Positions 28,460 through 38,623 of a stretch of DNA of 64,000 bases are shown here, piece after piece. The position numbers and the translations under genes were made by a program. Origin of the DNA: Spirochaetia bacterium (GTDB taxonomy: Bacteria; Spirochaetota; Spirochaetia; SZUA-6; Bin103); the NCBI GenBank assembly GCA_965203515.1, contig OZ241907.1:1792001-1856000 (forward strand), read 5' to 3'. The notes below the pieces were generated by a model, which saw nothing but the letters and a program-made list of their open reading frames with translations, made no database searches and was not told the origin of the DNA. Within the stretch, counting starts at the first letter, position 1. Each line of letters opens with the position of its first letter.

Positions 28460-29392
28460 TCAGCAGATCAGACCGCGTTTCGCGTCCGGGCCGTGGCCGA
28501 CCGGGGCTTCGCCGATCCAGCGCTCGTCGACCGGCTCGCTTGCGCGCTGGTAGCGCGTGTCGGAGGAGACGCGGACGCGGTCGGTGTGGTTGTCCCCGGC
28601 CGAGTGCATGGTGTGCATGGTGAAGATCAGCAGGTCCCCGGCGCGGTAGCCGCTCGCCAGCCAGCGGCCGCCCACCCGGTCGGGGAGCGATACGGCGTCC
28701 TTGGTGAAGTGCCCGCCGTTGTGACGGTCCGCCCACCGCGTCTCCCCTGACACCACCGGCCGCTCCTCCGGCGTGCCGGCGCAGTAGGTGTCCACGTCGA
28801 TCCGGCCGTAGGTCTCGCGGACCTCGGTCAGGCGGTGCGAGCCTTCCAGGATCATCAGGCCGCCCATCTCCGGCGGGACGTCGCACAGCGGCGTCCAGCC
28901 GGTCAGCAGGCGGCGAGTGCCGCGGCCCATGAACACGATGTCGTAGTGCGGCGGCGTGACGGTGTCCGGCCCCGGCGACTTGGCACGGACCCAGATGTGG
29001 TCGAAGTGCCGCACCGGCGCCTCGAATATGCGCTCGAACACCGCCAGCATCGGCGCGCCGAACACCACCCGCTCCAGCGGCCGGTTACGGCGACCGGCGT
29101 CGTGCGCGGACAGGACCGCGCTTCCCGGCGCCGCGACCCCGTCTTCCGGCGGGTGATCGGGATGGAGCTGGCCGGCCGCCGCCAGCCGGCGGTAGAGCTC
29201 GTGACCGGCTGCCAGCACGTGGTCGCGCGGCAGCGCGTCGCGCAGCAGGAGGTAGCCGTCCCGGTCGAGCCGCTCGCGCAGCTCGGCCCCGCTCGCGTCG
29301 GAGGCGGTCACCTCCAGCGTGCCCGGCGGATGCGCCAGGTTGCGCAGTGAACGGCCCTGATAGGTAAGGTCGGCGGTCGCGGTGGTCTCCAT
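28460..29392 (-). CDS. Phytanoyl-CoA dioxygenase (PhyH) family protein
   Basis: LDRDGYLLLR, PHYDIV (HxD), GGLMILEGSH, GDLLIF…TMH and RVSSDTRYQ motifs. Confidence 0.88.
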   Translation of the reverse strand: METTATADLTYQGRSLRNLAHPPGTLEVTASDASGAELRERLDRDGYLLLRDALPRDHVLAAGHELYRRLAAAGQLHPDHPPEDGVAAPGSAVLSAHDAGRRNRPLERVVFGAPMLAVFERIFEAPVRHFDHIWVRAKSPGPDTVTPPHYDIVFMGRGTRRLLTGWTPLCDVPPEMGGLMILEGSHRLTEVRETYGRIDVDTYCAGTPEERPVVSGETRWADRHNGGHFTKDAVSLPDRVGGRWLASGYRAGDLLIFTMHTMHSAGDNHTDRVRVSSDTRYQRASEPVDERWIGEAPVGHGPDAKRGLIC

Positions 29393-29413
29393 GGCGCGGC
29401 TATTATGGCAGAG

Positions 29414-31114
29414 ATGGTGAGACGGCGCGGCCGGCGGTCGATCCGGTCCCTCGCCCTGGCGTGTCTGGGCGCCGCGGCCCTGGCGGCGGGGGCCGAGGTG
29501 CGGTTGGCCACCTGCGCCGGCGATCCGCGCCTGTGCCCGGAGGCGACCGGCCTGATCCACGCCCACGCGCCGGCGATCGACAGCTTCTTCACCTTCTCCG
29601 GCGGGGCTTCGGTCGGAGACTTCAACCGCGACGGCCGGCAGGATCTGTTCCTGGTGACCGGCGGCGAGGGACCGGACCGGCTCTACCTGAATCAGGGCGG
29701 CGGCGCCTTTCGGGAGGTCGCCGAGCGGGCCGGCGTGGCGGCGGTCCACCGGGGACACGGCTCGGTGGTGGGCGACGTCGACAAGGACGGCTGGCTCGAC
29801 CTGTTCGTCACCAGCCTGGGGCCGATGGCCGACGAGTGGAGCATGCCCGGCCACCACCTGCTGTGGATCAATCAGGGCGGCCGGCCGGGCGGGCTGCTGC
29901 CCGACGGCACCCCCACCTTCCGCAACGTCGCGCGCCAAGCGCGCGTCGGCACCACCTCCCCCGAGCAGCCGTCCGGCATGGGGGCCGCACTGGGCGATTA
30001 CGACCGCGACGGCGACCTCGACCTGGTCGTCGTCGCCTGGGTCGAGTGGGCGGGGGGCAGCATGCTCCTCCGCAACGAAGGGATCGACCAGCGGACCGGC
30101 GCGCCGCGGTTCTCCAACGCCACCGCCCGCGCGCGCCTGTTCGGCGCGGGGATGCACGGCCTTACCCCGCACGTCGTCGACGTCGACGGCGACCGCTGGC
30201 CGGAAGTGCTGGTGGCGGCCGACTACCGCACCAGCCGTCTCTATCGCAACAACGGCGACGGCACCTTCGCCGACGTGACGCACGCCGCGCGGGTCGGGTT
30301 GGACGGCAACGGCATGGGCAGCGTGCTGGCCGACGTCGACAATGACGGACTGCTCGACTGGTACGTCACCTCGGTCTGGACCACCTCGCCGATCGAGGAC
30401 GTGACGGGAACCGGCAACTACCTCTACCGGAACCTGGGCGACGGCCTGTTCGACCCCGGCCCGCGCACGCGCGGACCGGTCGCCCGGGGCGGCTGGGGCT
30501 GGGGCGTGGTGGCGGTCGACCTCGATCACGACGGCCTGGTCGATCTGGTCACCACCAACGGCTGGCGGGAAGAGAACGGCAGCGGCCACCGGGAGTGGCT
30601 GCAGGACGCCACGCGCGTCTTCCACAACCGCGGCGCCGGCCGGTTCCGGGACGTCGCCGCCGATGCCGGGCTCGACCATCGCGCCGAAGGGCGCGGCATG
30701 GTGCGCTTCGACTACGACGACGACGGCGACCAGGATATTCTGATCGTCAACAGCAGAGCGGTGCCCACCCTGATCGCCAACACCGGCGGCTCCGCCGCCG
30801 GCAACTGGCTGCGCGTAGAACTGCGGCCCGCGCTCGACCTGCCGGTGCCGGCCGACGGCGTCGGCGCGGTGGTGCGCGTGCGCGCCGGCGGCGCCACGCA
30901 GACGCGCCATATCGAGACCGGCGGCGGCTATCTCGGTTCCTCGGAGCTGACCGCGCACTTCGGACTCGGCGCCGCCGCGGCGGTCGACGAGCTGCGGGTC
31001 GAGTGGCCGGACGGCTGCGACACCATCGCGCGCGGGGTGGCGGTCAACCGCCGCCTGCGGCTGGTGCGGCCGGCCGGCTGCGCGATGGAGGTGGTGGTGC
31101 TGGAACCGCTCTGA
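29414..31114 (+). CDS. CRTAC1 family protein (FG-GAP/VCBS repeats plus ASPIC/UnbV), secreted
   Basis: Signal peptide, repeated DxDxDGxxDL motifs, and GNWLRVEL…GGGYLGSS…HFGLG…VEWPDG. Start may be 29405 or 29414. Confidence 0.88.
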   Translation: MVRRRGRRSIRSLALACLGAAALAAGAEVRLATCAGDPRLCPEATGLIHAHAPAIDSFFTFSGGASVGDFNRDGRQDLFLVTGGEGPDRLYLNQGGGAFREVAERAGVAAVHRGHGSVVGDVDKDGWLDLFVTSLGPMADEWSMPGHHLLWINQGGRPGGLLPDGTPTFRNVARQARVGTTSPEQPSGMGAALGDYDRDGDLDLVVVAWVEWAGGSMLLRNEGIDQRTGAPRFSNATARARLFGAGMHGLTPHVVDVDGDRWPEVLVAADYRTSRLYRNNGDGTFADVTHAARVGLDGNGMGSVLADVDNDGLLDWYVTSVWTTSPIEDVTGTGNYLYRNLGDGLFDPGPRTRGPVARGGWGWGVVAVDLDHDGLVDLVTTNGWREENGSGHREWLQDATRVFHNRGAGRFRDVAADAGLDHRAEGRGMVRFDYDDDGDQDILIVNSRAVPTLIANTGGSAAGNWLRVELRPALDLPVPADGVGAVVRVRAGGATQTRHIETGGGYLGSSELTAHFGLGAAAAVDELRVEWPDGCDTIARGVAVNRRLRLVRPAGCAMEVVVLEPL

Positions 31115-31129
31115 CCGGCGAGGAGGCGC

Positions 31130-32601
31130 ATGATGCAGGAGGCGAGGATGGAGGAACTGACGATGGGCGAGGAGATCGACGCGCGTCAGGCGCAGCTCTT
31201 CCTGGACGATGCGGTCATCGAGCAGACGGTACGCGTGCAGCGCGTCATCCATCAGCCGTTTCGCTACTGGGGCAATCCGGTGTACGCGCCGGAGGCACCA
31301 TGGGAAGGCGCCGGCGTCGTCTACCTGGCCGGCGTCTACGTCGACCCGGCCGACGGCGTGTGGAAGCTCTGGTACGCCACGCTCAATCCGCCCGCCTATC
31401 CCGGATCACCTACGCGGTCTGCATGCTCACCTCCACCGACGGATTCCATTGGGAGCGGCCCGAGCTCGACGTGGTGCGCTCGCACGACGGCGGCTGGACC
31501 AACGTCGTCCTCGACCTGGGCGCGGTGGGCGGCACCGGTTCCGCCACGATCCTGCATGAACCGGAGCGCGGCGGCGAGCCGTGGACGATGGTGATCAGCT
31601 CCTGCGAGGCCGGCTCCTGGCAGTACCGGGGCTACCTCCTGCGCTCCGCCGACGGCGTGCATTGGCGTTGGGAGCGCCCCATGCCGAACGGGGTCGCCCA
31701 CGGCATGCACGACCGCTGCACGGCGATGCGCGGCCCCGACCCCGAGTTCCCGTACGTGCTGCTCAGCCGCGGTACCGAGGATTCCAGGCGCTGGGGGCTG
31801 GTGCGCAGCGCGCACCGGGTGGCGATCAACGCCGGCGCCGCCGACGGACCGCCGCGCCGCGTGTTGACCCCGGACCTGGAGGACGACCCGGCCGGGCAGA
31901 TCTACCACGCCTACGGCTTCCGCTACGAGAGCACCTGGGTGGGGCTGTTCCAGTGGTACTGGGAGCACGACCGGCCGTGGGCGGAGATGGAGCTGCTGAC
32001 CAGCCGTGACAGCGTCACCTGGCAGCGCCTGCGGCCGCGCCGGCCGTTCTTCTCGCCAACGCCCGGCGGCGGCCGCGTGGGAGCGTACGACGCGGCGCGC
32101 ACCGACACGGCGCTGTCGCCGCCGGTGCGGACCGCGCACGGCAACGGGCCGGACTCGCCGGCTCCCGACATGGAGACCTTGTGGTTCTATTCGTGGGGAG
32201 GCCCGGCCATGCACGGCGACCGCCACCTCACCTTCGGCGCCACGATCGGCGTGGCGCAGCTCCGGGGCGACGGCTTCTGCTCGCTGCGCGCCCGCCGCTT
32301 TCCCGGCACGGTCGTCACCAGGCCGTTCACGTGGCCGGGCGGCCGGCTGCTGATCAATGCGGTCGGACTGGGCGGCGGCGGCAGCGCCAGCCTGCGCGCC
32401 GCCGTGCTGCGCGCGGACCTGTCGGAGATCGACGGCTTGCGCGCGGCCGACGCGGACCCGCTGTCGCGCGACGGCGTCCGTCAGGAACAGCGGTGGCGCG
32501 GCGACGGCGCCGGCATCGAGCGGCTGGCCGGCAAGGTCGTGCGCCTCCGCTTCCTGATGGAGAACACCGACCTGTACGCGTTCCGGGCGTCGGGCGGATG
32601 A
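31130..32601 (+). pseudogene. Beta-propeller glycoside-hydrolase-like protein (paralog 3), frameshifted near 31403-31405
   Basis: ORF 31130 gives QLFLDD…NPV…PWE…KLWYATLNPPAYP. Family-like sequence (ITYAVCMLTSTDGFHWERPEL…LRGDGF…LYAF) continues in the -1 frame. May be a sequencing error. Confidence 0.7.
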
Positions 32602-34037
32602 GCGGCCCGATGACCGCCGCGGCCGGCGTCGAGGTGCCGTTCCTCGACCTGGGGGAGCTGACAGGGCGTGACAACGTCGATCTCCGCCCCACGCGGGCGG
32701 TGAAGCACCCGGCCAATCCGGTACTGCAGCCCGGAGCGGCCGGCGAGTGGGACTGCAAGCGCGTCGGCAACTGGGCCGGCGACATCATCTGGGACGCGGA
32801 CGAATCGGTCTTCAAGTGCTGGTACTACGGCTCCGACCTGCCCGGCACCGCCGCGATCGGCTATGCGGTGAGCCCGGACGGGGTGCTGTGGGAGAAGCCG
32901 AACCTGGGCCTTCACGACTACGGCGGCTCCACCGACAACAACATCTGCTTCCGGCCCGTGACCGGCGCCACCAGCCACTTCTGTCTGACCGTCGACGACG
33001 ACGCGCCGGCCGACCGGCGCTATTCCGCGCTCGCCTGGTCCGACGCGCCCGGCATCGACGGCAAGCGCAACTACCCGTACTACTCCCCGGACGGCATCGA
33101 CTGGACGCTCACGCCGACGCCGCAGCGCGCCGGCGTCATCGGCGACACCGCCGGCATCGTCCGCGACCCGATCGACCCGGATCCCGGGCGGCGCCTCAAG
33201 GTCTATACCCAGCACGGCGCCTGGTACGGTCCCGACCTGGAGCACCTGCGGCCGGGGCCGCGCGCCGTCATCGACCCGGCGGACGGACGCGAGCAGGAGA
33301 TCCACTTCGTCTACGCGCTGCCGTACCGCGGCGCGCACGTGATGCTCTACGACTTCGACGCCGTGATTCCCTGGCCGCACCGCACCCGGCCGGTCGGGAC
33401 GCGCGAGCGGCGGAAGCTGCCGGCCGGCGCCTACGCCGGCGACTGCCGGCTGGCGGTGAGCCGCGACGGTCTTGGCCCGTTCCGGCGCATCCGTCCCGAC
33501 CTGCCGGTGATCCCGCTCGGCGACTGGGGCGCGTGGGACGACGAGCTGCTGGTCCTGGGCGGCGGCAGCATGATCCCGTTCGCCGACCGGATCGTGCTCT
33601 TCTATACCGCCCTCTCCCACTTCGGGACCGGCTTCCTGTCCCATCCCTACTTCAAGTGCGAGATGGGGATGGCGACGCTGCGCCGCGACGGATTCACCCA
33701 TCTGCGCAACCGCGACGGCCTCACCCGGGCGACCGCCACGACCGCGCCGTTCGAGGCTGCGGCCGGCAGGTCGGCCGCCGTGCACGTCAACGTCTCTCAT
33801 CTGCGGCCGTACCGCGATTGGCTGGAGGTGGAGGTGCTCGACGCCGACTCGGGCCGGGTCGCGCCGGGCTACGCCCGCGACGACTGCCGGCACGTGATCG
33901 GGGAAGGTCTGGCGGCGCCGGTCCGCTGGGAACGGCACGCCGACCTGAGCGCCGCGCCGCGGCGCTTCCGGCTCCGCTTCTACCTGTGGGGCCGCGCGCG
34001 CCTCTATTCGTTCGGGTTCGATGCGGCCGGAGCGTGA
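32598..34037 (+). CDS. Uncharacterised beta-propeller glycoside-hydrolase-like protein (paralog 4)
   Basis: KHPANPVL, GYAVSPDGVLWEKPNLGLHDYGGSTDNN, SPDGIDW, SRDG, LRRDGF and RLYSFGF motifs. Confidence 0.78.
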   Translation: MSGPMTAAAGVEVPFLDLGELTGRDNVDLRPTRAVKHPANPVLQPGAAGEWDCKRVGNWAGDIIWDADESVFKCWYYGSDLPGTAAIGYAVSPDGVLWEKPNLGLHDYGGSTDNNICFRPVTGATSHFCLTVDDDAPADRRYSALAWSDAPGIDGKRNYPYYSPDGIDWTLTPTPQRAGVIGDTAGIVRDPIDPDPGRRLKVYTQHGAWYGPDLEHLRPGPRAVIDPADGREQEIHFVYALPYRGAHVMLYDFDAVIPWPHRTRPVGTRERRKLPAGAYAGDCRLAVSRDGLGPFRRIRPDLPVIPLGDWGAWDDELLVLGGGSMIPFADRIVLFYTALSHFGTGFLSHPYFKCEMGMATLRRDGFTHLRNRDGLTRATATTAPFEAAAGRSAAVHVNVSHLRPYRDWLEVEVLDADSGRVAPGYARDDCRHVIGEGLAAPVRWERHADLSAAPRRFRLRFYLWGRARLYSFGFDAAGA

Positions 34038-34055
34038 CCGGGACTCAAGGGCAGG

Positions 34056-35084
34056 TCACTCCCAGCGCAAGGCGACCGTCCGTCCGTGCGAGGCCGACCG
34101 TTCGGCCGCCTCCACCATGCGCAGGGCGTCCAGCGCGTCGGCCAGGGTGGAGAGCGGCGGCTCGCCGCCGATCACGCAGCGCTCGACGAAGTACGCAACC
34201 TCGCAGGAGAAGGCATCGACGTAGCCCGACATGCCGAAGCCGGGTCCCCCCTCCTCCTGGTACACCGCCTCGTTCCAGGAGTAGCTGACGCCGCCGCGCG
34301 TGCCGAGCACCTTGTACCGCACCAGCCACGGGTCGTTGGTAGGGTCCACGGCCGCGAAGCTGGCCCACAGGTTGGCCAGCGCGCCGTCCGGCATGAGGCA
34401 GGTGATCGCGGTCTGCGCCGGCGCCGGCACGTCCGGCGCATGCACGCCGGGCGCGGCCATGCAGGTCAGCCGCTCCGGGCGGCCCAGCAGATACAGCAGC
34501 GAGTAGCAATGGTGCACGCACACCACCCGGAGGACCGATCCGTACTTGCGCACCAGGTCCGCGTCGTGAAACAGGTTGTAGAGCATCCAGAAGGCGGCGA
34601 CCGGGCCGAGCCGGCCCGCCTCCAGCAGCGCCTTGGCGCGGCGCAGCGCCGGCACGTAGATGAAGTTGTGCCCCGGCATGCAGGTGCGGCCGGCGCGCTC
34701 GGCGGCGCGCATCAGGCGGTGCAGGTCGGCGGCGCGCTGGACGACCGGTTTCTCCACCAGGACGTGCTTGCCGGCGCGCAGCGCCGCCAGCGCCGCGCCG
34801 ACGTGACCCTCCGGCGGGGTCAGGACGTGCACGGCGGCGACGCCGGCGTCGCCGACCAGCTCCTTCAGGGACCGGAACTCGCGTCCGCCATGGCGGGCGG
34901 TCAACGCCTTGGCCCGGCCGGGCTCGGGGTCGTACGCGCCGATGAATCGAGCCCGCGCGCACGCGCCGACCGCGCGCGCGTGCAACTCCGCGACCAGCCC
35001 GGCGCCCACGAAGGCTATGCCGACCCGGTCGTTCGGTCCGGCGCGCTCGCCGGCGGGCTCGCGGCGCAGGTCGGGATCGCTCAT
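34056..35084 (-). CDS. Gfo/Idh/MocA family oxidoreductase
   Basis: FVGAGLVA, TPPEGH, AGKHVLVEKP and GHNFIY motifs. Confidence 0.9.
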   Translation of the reverse strand: MSDPDLRREPAGERAGPNDRVGIAFVGAGLVAELHARAVGACARARFIGAYDPEPGRAKALTARHGGREFRSLKELVGDAGVAAVHVLTPPEGHVGAALAALRAGKHVLVEKPVVQRAADLHRLMRAAERAGRTCMPGHNFIYVPALRRAKALLEAGRLGPVAAFWMLYNLFHDADLVRKYGSVLRVVCVHHCYSLLYLLGRPERLTCMAAPGVHAPDVPAPAQTAITCLMPDGALANLWASFAAVDPTNDPWLVRYKVLGTRGGVSYSWNEAVYQEEGGPGFGMSGYVDAFSCEVAYFVERCVIGGEPPLSTLADALDALRMVEAAERSASHGRTVALRWE

Positions 35085-35145
35085 CGCCGGTCAGCCTATG
35101 GTCCGGTCGGAGTGCCGCGCAAGCATCCGTGCTACCGTGCCGTCC

Positions 35146-36567
35146 ATGAGGCACCTGTTCATCGACGATGGCGAGCTCACGCGGGTGGAGCGGCTGTACC
35201 GGCGCGTCCATCAGCCGCGTAAGCATCCGGCCAATCCGGTGCTGGACGCGGACACGCCGTGGGAGTCGCTGATATCGGTGTACGGCACCACGCTGTATGA
35301 CGAGGAGCGCGGCGAGTTCCGGCGCTGGTACCTGACCAGCCCGGGCAGCAACGAAGACCGGGTCTCGGTCGGGCCGGCCGGCGGCTCGGCGCGGACGATT
35401 CCCGGCAACGTCACGCTGCTCGGCTACGCCACCTCCACCGACGGCGTGCACTGGCGCAAGCCGGACCTGGGGCAGCTCGCCATCGACGGCGACAGCCACA
35501 ACAACCTGCTCCGCATCGGCCGCCTCAACTGCGAAGGCGCGTCGATCATCGAGGACCCGGCCGATCCCGATCCGGACCGACGCTTCAAGGCGTTCTACTG
35601 GGAACACGGCGGCGAGGGCACGCTGACCAAGCTGCCCGGCGGGCGGGTGCTGTTCGGTACCGGGGAGGGCGACGGCATGTGGATATCGCACTCGCCGGAC
35701 GGCGTGCGCTGGACCGACTACGACGTCAATCCGGCGATCGGCCTTGGCTCGGACACCGACCAGACCGTGCTGCGCGACCCGGCGCTCGACCGCTACGTCG
35801 CCTTCGGCCGCTTTGGGGCGGGCGGGCGCAAGATGGCGCGCAGCGAGAGCGAGGACTTCGTCCACTGGAGCGAGCCGCGCCTGGTATTCGAGTGCGACGC
35901 CGGCGACGAGCCGGAGACGCAGTTCTACGGCGTGCCGATCGACCTCTACGAGGGGCTCTACCTGGGCATGCCGTGGATCTACCGGGAGGGCGTGGACGGC
36001 ACGATCGATACCCAGCTCGCGGTCAGCCGGGACGGCATCCGCTGGCAGCGGGTCGGCGCGCGTGAGACGTTTCTGCCGCTCGGCGCGCCGGGAAGCCCGG
36101 AGGACGGCATGGCGCGGGTCGGCAAGCGGTTCATCGTGCGCGGCGATCACGTCTACCTGTTCTACGGCGCGGTGCAGGGTCCGCACGGCGGGCGCAAGTT
36201 CTCCGGCGCCGGCACGCGGGCGCGCGGTCTTTGCCTGGCGCTGCTGCGCCGCGACGGGTTCGTGTCGATGAGCGCCGACGGCGACGGCGGCCGGCTGCTG
36301 ACCCGTCCGGTGACGGTCGCCGCGGACGGCGGCGCGGACGCGTTGCGCCTCAACCTCAACGCGGCGCGCGGGCGGGCGGTGGTGGCGCTGTGCGACGACG
36401 ACGCGGCGCCGATCGACGGCTTCGAGGCGTCGCGGCCGGTGAGCGGCGACCACACCGACACGGCCGTGACCTGGCCCGGCCGGCGGGTCGGCGAGCTGGC
36501 CGGCCGGCGGGTGCGGTTGCGCGTCGATCTGCACGACGCCGACCTGTTCTCCTTCTGGTTCGGCTAG
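35146..36567 (+). CDS. Uncharacterised beta-propeller glycoside-hydrolase-like protein (paralog 5)
   Basis: MRHLFIDD, KHPANPV…PWE, YATSTDGVHWRKPDLG…NN, RRFKA, SPDGVRW, SEDFVHW, SRDG and LRRDGF motifs. Confidence 0.78.
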   Translation: MRHLFIDDGELTRVERLYRRVHQPRKHPANPVLDADTPWESLISVYGTTLYDEERGEFRRWYLTSPGSNEDRVSVGPAGGSARTIPGNVTLLGYATSTDGVHWRKPDLGQLAIDGDSHNNLLRIGRLNCEGASIIEDPADPDPDRRFKAFYWEHGGEGTLTKLPGGRVLFGTGEGDGMWISHSPDGVRWTDYDVNPAIGLGSDTDQTVLRDPALDRYVAFGRFGAGGRKMARSESEDFVHWSEPRLVFECDAGDEPETQFYGVPIDLYEGLYLGMPWIYREGVDGTIDTQLAVSRDGIRWQRVGARETFLPLGAPGSPEDGMARVGKRFIVRGDHVYLFYGAVQGPHGGRKFSGAGTRARGLCLALLRRDGFVSMSADGDGGRLLTRPVTVAADGGADALRLNLNAARGRAVVALCDDDAAPIDGFEASRPVSGDHTDTAVTWPGRRVGELAGRRVRLRVDLHDADLFSFWFG

Positions 36568-36577
36568 GCGGGGCCGG

Positions 36578-38623
36578 ATGAGCGCGGCGCCCGCGTTCGG
36601 CCATCCGCGCATCTTCTTCACGCCGGCGTCGCTCGACCGGCTGCGGCGGCAAGCGGATGCGCCGGCGCTCGCCCCGCTGCTGGCGCAGGTGCGCGAGCGG
36701 GCCGGAGCGGCGCTCAGCGGACCGATGCCGGCGGTGACGCTGCCGGACGATCTGCTGCTGCCGGGCGAGCCGACCTGGGACCAGCGCTACCCGCGCGACG
36801 AGCGGACCTTCGCCGCGCATGAACGGATGATGCAGCCGTTGCGCGCCCTGTATGGCGCGCTGCCGGCGACCTCCTTCGTGGCGATGCTCGACGGCGACCG
36901 CGCATGCCGCGACTACGCGGCGGCGGCGATGCGGCACCTGACCGGTCTCGATCTGCGAAAGACCTCCTATCTCAACACGCACCAGTTCCACGGCGTGGTG
37001 CCGGCGGTGGCGCTGGCGCTCGACTTCCTGTGGGACGATCTGGGCGACGGCCGCCAACCGATCGCCGCCGGGCTCGCCGCGCGCGCCCGCGAGTTTCACC
37101 GGCATACCGTGCTGAACGCCTTCGACGATCCGCTGGACAGCCACAGCATCGTGTACGGGCCGCCGGAGATGACGCTGGCGGCGCTGGCGCTGTATCACCA
37201 CGTACCGGAAGCGGCCGGCTGGCTGGCCGACGTCGAGCGGTTCCTGGTCGAGGCGTTCCCGGGCTACGGCGGCGCCGACGGCGGCTGGGGGCAGGGCTTC
37301 GGCTACGTCTACAGCCACTACTTCCAGCGCATGGCGCACCTGCTCTACGCGGCGACCGGCGCCGATCACTTCGACCGGCCGTGGGGGCGCAACAACGGCC
37401 GGCACTTCCTCTACTTCCGGCCGCCGTGGAGCACGTGCTCCAGCTTCGGCGACGCCTCGTACGCGACCCATCCGGCGCTGTACCGGCAGATCATGGGGTT
37501 CTACGCGCGGGTGTACCGCGATCCGGTCTACCGCTGGTATGCGGAGCATGCGGACGCCGACGCGCCGGCCGGCGACCCGCTGGCCGAGCTGAGCGCGCGC
37601 CTGACGTGGCCGGACCCGCCGCCGGCGGCGCCGCCGTCGGAGCTGCCGCGCTCGATCCACCTGGCCGACACCGGCTGGGTCGCCCTGCACAGCGACCTCA
37701 CCGCGCGCGATGCCAACGTCATGCTCTGCTTCAAGAGCAGCCGCTTCGGATCGTTCAGCCACAGCCATGCCGACCAGAACAGCTTCGTGCTGGAAGCGTT
37801 CGGCCGCCCGCTCCTGATCGACAGCGGCTTCTATCCGTGGTACGGCAGCCCGCACGACTTGGCCTGGACCCGCCACACGCGCGCCCACAACGGGGTGCTG
37901 ATCGACGATCGCGGGCAGGCGCTGTGGCGGCTGGAAGCGGCCGGCCGCATCGTCGCCTTCGCGGCCGGGCCGGACTACGATTACTGCGCCGGTGACGCCA
38001 CCGCGGCATACCGCCTGGAGTCGTTCGAGCACACCCACCGGCCGTTGCCGCTGGCCGAGCGGAGCGCGGCCGGGCTGGGCGTCGAGCGGGTGATCCGGCA
38101 CGTGATCTTCCTGCGCCCGGCCGCCTTCGTCGTGATCGACGACGTGGCCGCCGCGGCGCCGCGGCCGGTCCAGCTCGCCTTTCACGCGCCCGTGCCGTTC
38201 GAGCTGCCGGCCGGCGGCGGCGCGGACGTCACGGTGCGCAACGCTCCGGCGCTGGCGCGGCTCACCCTGTGCGCCGAGCCCGGCGCCGCCGCCGCGCGCC
38301 TGTCGTCGACCGACCGCTTCCCGGTCGCGCCCGAACGTGCCGGCGAGCAGGAGTATCCCCGGCAGTGGCATCTGACCGCGGCGTTCGCCGCCGCCGGCCG
38401 CGAACGCCTGCTGACGACCGTGATCCGGGTCGGGCGCGACGGGGAGGCGCTGCCGCCGGTGCGAGTGGAGCACCGCGTCTCCGGCGCCGGCATCGATCGC
38501 CGGCGCGTCGTCGAGGTGCGGTGTGGCGGGCGTACCGCGACGCTTCAGGTGAGCCGGTTCGGCTCCGCGCTCACCTGCGCGGGAGGCGGCACGTCGCCGC
38601 TCCGGGTATCCGCGCCGCGGTGA
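36578..38623 (+). CDS. DUF4962/heparinase II/III-family polysaccharide lyase
   Basis: HPRIF, DGGWGQG-Y, FGD, SHSHADQNSF, IDSG-Y-WYGSPH and TRAHN motifs. Confidence 0.85.
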   Translation: MSAAPAFGHPRIFFTPASLDRLRRQADAPALAPLLAQVRERAGAALSGPMPAVTLPDDLLLPGEPTWDQRYPRDERTFAAHERMMQPLRALYGALPATSFVAMLDGDRACRDYAAAAMRHLTGLDLRKTSYLNTHQFHGVVPAVALALDFLWDDLGDGRQPIAAGLAARAREFHRHTVLNAFDDPLDSHSIVYGPPEMTLAALALYHHVPEAAGWLADVERFLVEAFPGYGGADGGWGQGFGYVYSHYFQRMAHLLYAATGADHFDRPWGRNNGRHFLYFRPPWSTCSSFGDASYATHPALYRQIMGFYARVYRDPVYRWYAEHADADAPAGDPLAELSARLTWPDPPPAAPPSELPRSIHLADTGWVALHSDLTARDANVMLCFKSSRFGSFSHSHADQNSFVLEAFGRPLLIDSGFYPWYGSPHDLAWTRHTRAHNGVLIDDRGQALWRLEAAGRIVAFAAGPDYDYCAGDATAAYRLESFEHTHRPLPLAERSAAGLGVERVIRHVIFLRPAAFVVIDDVAAAAPRPVQLAFHAPVPFELPAGGGADVTVRNAPALARLTLCAEPGAAAARLSSTDRFPVAPERAGEQEYPRQWHLTAAFAAAGRERLLTTVIRVGRDGEALPPVRVEHRVSGAGIDRRRVVEVRCGGRTATLQVSRFGSALTCAGGGTSPLRVSAPR

